From: a virus
Lineage: Duplodnaviria; Caudoviricetes
Virus record (IMG/VR): IMGVR_UViG_3300037067_006130
Location: 22,413 to 86,412 of that record
Length of the DNA stretch: 64,000 bases
Reading direction: 5' to 3' (one strand)
This document shows, one piece after another, positions 62,782 to 64,000 of this stretch (position 1 is its first letter; every line of letters starts with the position of its first letter). The translations under genes and the position numbers were made by a program. A model generated the notes under the pieces. The model was not told the DNA's origin. It did no database searches and worked only from the letters and a program-made list of their open reading frames with translations.

Positions 62782-64000
62782 ATGGAATTTCCCGATATCT
62801 ATAACCAGGATTTCAAGAAAAAGGACTTCGAGTTGGCAAAAAAAGCAATCGATTTTGCCATCGATACCTACGAAGGTCAGCAGAGTTTACGCCAAGAGTT
62901 AAATAAAGTATATGATTCCTACAACGGAATCGTTGATCCGAAGGCGCATGAATCCCTCACCAAACCATTCGGGAAAAGACTTAAAACCAAGTACATTCAC
63001 TACAATTACGGCTTAAATAAGGTTAAAACCCTTGTTGGCGAATTCTTATCCTCTCCGATGGACCCCACGGTAGAGACGATTGACGATGAGCAAGTGAATA
63101 AAAAGTACGAAAAGTTTCTCGAGCGTAAAGCAATGCTTGACGTTAAACCTCAAATCCAGCTTGCACAGGAACAGGGTTATGATATATTTCCTGGCATGAT
63201 GGAGCAGATGGAGGATGAGAAAGATTTCCTTGCTCCAAATAACTTCAAGACTGAGAACGAGGTGGTCCTCACTAAGTATCTAAAGAAAAAAATACAAAGT
63301 GAAAGATTAAAGTTAAAATTTAAACAAAATATCATAGACGGTATTTGTACCTGTTTGCTTTGCGGTAAGGTAGAAACGTTAAATGGTATTGATTCAGTTC
63401 GTAGGATATCGCCAATCTTGGCCATGTTCCTTGAGTATGAAACAGAAGGATTCTTTGATGAAAGTCCATACCTGGGCGAAAAAAGGTATATGTTCAAACA
63501 TCAAATCATCAAGGAATTCAATATTACAGATAAAGACGAACTAAAGAAACTACAGGATTGGGGAGATAAACCCAATGATTATCTTCGGGATAAATCGTTC
63601 CAGTATAAAAATGGAGTACTTCTTTACCCAGTATACACCATCGAGTTCAAAACTATTGCGAATTCGGTCTACCTAAAGATTGATAGAAGCGCGGAAGTTC
63701 CATATATTAGAGAGATTGACGAGAAAGAATACCTTGATATACTTCGTATCACCGAGAAGAATAAAAACTATAAGGTAGAACCTGTTCGACTATACATTGA
63801 AGAGGTTTGGGAGATAAGCCGTATTGGTGCTGATATGTACAAGAGAATTCAGCGAGTTGTAAAACAAGCCAATGGAACCGAGAATAAAAAGTTAAGAGCA
63901 AAATATAACTACGTTTTCTTTGGGATGGATAACGTGGAAGGTATGAGAATTCCTATCCAATCGGTAATTGCTAAATTGGACAACTCATACAATGACGTTC
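62782..64000 (+). CDS. Portal protein (3'-truncated by the window edge)
   Basis: Open frame from ATG 62782 (MEFPDIYNQ...YDSYNG...HYNYGLNKVKTLVGEF) to the edge, directly after the terminase. Confidence 0.8.
   Translation, partial: MEFPDIYNQDFKKKDFELAKKAIDFAIDTYEGQQSLRQELNKVYDSYNGIVDPKAHESLTKPFGKRLKTKYIHYNYGLNKVKTLVGEFLSSPMDPTVETIDDEQVNKKYEKFLERKAMLDVKPQIQLAQEQGYDIFPGMMEQMEDEKDFLAPNNFKTENEVVLTKYLKKKIQSERLKLKFKQNIIDGICTCLLCGKVETLNGIDSVRRISPILAMFLEYETEGFFDESPYLGEKRYMFKHQIIKEFNITDKDELKKLQDWGDKPNDYLRDKSFQYKNGVLLYPVYTIEFKTIANSVYLKIDRSAEVPYIREIDEKEYLDILRITEKNKNYKVEPVRLYIEEVWEISRIGADMYKRIQRVVKQANGTENKKLRAKYNYVFFGMDNVEGMRIPIQSVIAKLDNSYNDV

Noticed and set aside
1-64000. Genome-wide TAG or TGA reassignment as in some crAss-like phages
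   Set aside because: Long genes are intact in code 11 and several end properly at TAG or TGA; only isolated internal stops were found
1-64000. tRNA or rRNA genes
   Set aside because: No cloverleaf with T-loop GTTCRA and a proper acceptor stem was recognised by eye; tRNAscan-SE or ARAGORN is needed to exclude them formally
1-64000. Integrase for the cassette array
   Set aside because: No ORF with tyrosine-recombinase R...HxxR...Y motifs is in the window; it may lie elsewhere or be host-encoded

Overview
64-kb segment of a large tailed phage, most likely crAss-like and infecting Bacteroidota. The evidence is a KARRKG terminase followed by a portal, a giant virion protein with an RNA-polymerase DFDAD motif, and TTTG-N19/20-TAnnTTTG promoters. 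Three blocks: (1) 1-19851 (+), the C-terminal part of a >=3989-aa virion RNAP/polyvalent protein, tail genes and lysis genes; (2) 20067-55487 (-), replication and accessory/early genes; (3) 55894-64000 (+), regulator, nuclease, terminase and the start of the portal. Block 2 carries UDG, SSB, primase-helicase, an SF2 helicase with an intein, a five-gene PRTRC-type E1/E2/ubiquitin-like cluster, a radical SAM protein and many small ORFs. Most striking signals: (a) 42.2-46.5 kb is an integron-like cassette array with 8 complete and 1 partial attC-like hairpin sites and no integrase in the window; some sites hold whole genes or start codons in their loops; (b) the intein's endonuclease is overprinted in the +1 frame; (c) a ubiquitin-like conjugation operon sits in a phage; (d) a GTATATAC palindrome occurs inside host-type promoters and in two equally spaced triads around an AT-rich stretch (ori/operator candidate). 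All functional calls come from motifs read by eye; no database searches were run.
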